From assembly GCA_005191425.1 (NCBI GenBank), contig SUPR01000153.1, forward strand, positions 1-6,361: a DNA stretch of 6,361 nt, given 5' to 3'. The stretch is from Candidatus Helarchaeota ASGARD archaeon Hel_GB_B (GTDB taxonomy: Archaea; Asgardarchaeota; Lokiarchaeia; Helarchaeales; HEL-GB-B). Both the position numbers and the translations under genes were made by a program. The notes under the pieces were generated by a model. The model saw nothing but the letters and a program-made list of their open reading frames with translations. It did not search any database and was not told the origin of the DNA. Positions 6,340-6,361 of this stretch are shown here, piece after piece (positions within the stretch are counted from its first letter, which is position 1; every line of letters starts with the position of its first letter).

Positions 6340-6350
6340 AAGCATAAATA

Positions 6351-6361
6351 ATGGAGAGATT
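6351..6361 (+). CDS. Probable 5' start of the next gene (ATG GAG AGA TT., M-E-R-F/L), truncated by the window edge
   Basis: The ATG follows a TATA-like motif and a G-rich element at the end of the AT-rich spacer, where GC content rises. Only three full codons are visible. Confidence 0.35.

Larger units (their letters stand above)
5605..6350. other. Long, extremely AT-rich non-coding spacer, probably between divergent genes
   Basis: No ORF of note on either strand. Four 60-nt lines I counted (5941, 6001, 6121, 6181) contain 16 G+C in 240 nt (~7%). Confidence 0.8.

Noticed and set aside
6256-6351. Short open stretch VSYLNHEIIEKLKGRIKIKNNLYLKKGWKHK* on the plus strand
   Set aside because: No start codon after the upstream in-frame TAA (6253-6255), and only about 31 codons.
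1-6361. CRISPR array, tRNA/rRNA, transposase or integrase
   Set aside because: No regularly spaced 25-40-nt repeats, no GC-rich structured RNA segment, and no DDE or tyrosine-recombinase motifs seen.

Overview
Very AT-rich, gene-dense prokaryotic window with three well-supported CDSs and no RNA gene, CRISPR array or mobile element. (1) 152/170-847 (+): a protein with a two-helix membrane hairpin and a cytoplasmic alpha/beta domain, whose strand and helix order recalls the TBP-like adaptin-ear 'platform' fold. (2) ~882-3596 (+): a 904-aa, mostly helical protein I cannot assign, carrying an 8 x 9-nt in-frame repeat that encodes an acidic Trp-x-x array. (3) 5550-3766 (-), convergent with (2): a 594-aa all-beta protein with five Ig-like units. 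Its N-terminal half aligns by eye with the mu-homology domain (MHD) of adaptor mu subunits and delta-COP; two DUF11-like domains follow. After it come about 750-800 bp of extremely AT-rich non-coding DNA and a probable gene start at 6351. GGAGG-type ribosome-binding sites, oligo-T terminators, low GC and a stand-alone MHD-like protein suggest an archaeon, probably Asgard; this is inference, as there is no marker gene in the window. The most interesting hypothesis, still untested, is a prokaryotic proto-adaptor/coat neighbourhood: a membrane-anchored platform-like protein, a helical protein with a Trp-acidic motif array, and an MHD-Ig protein. All homology calls are by-eye alignments and need HMM or structure searches.
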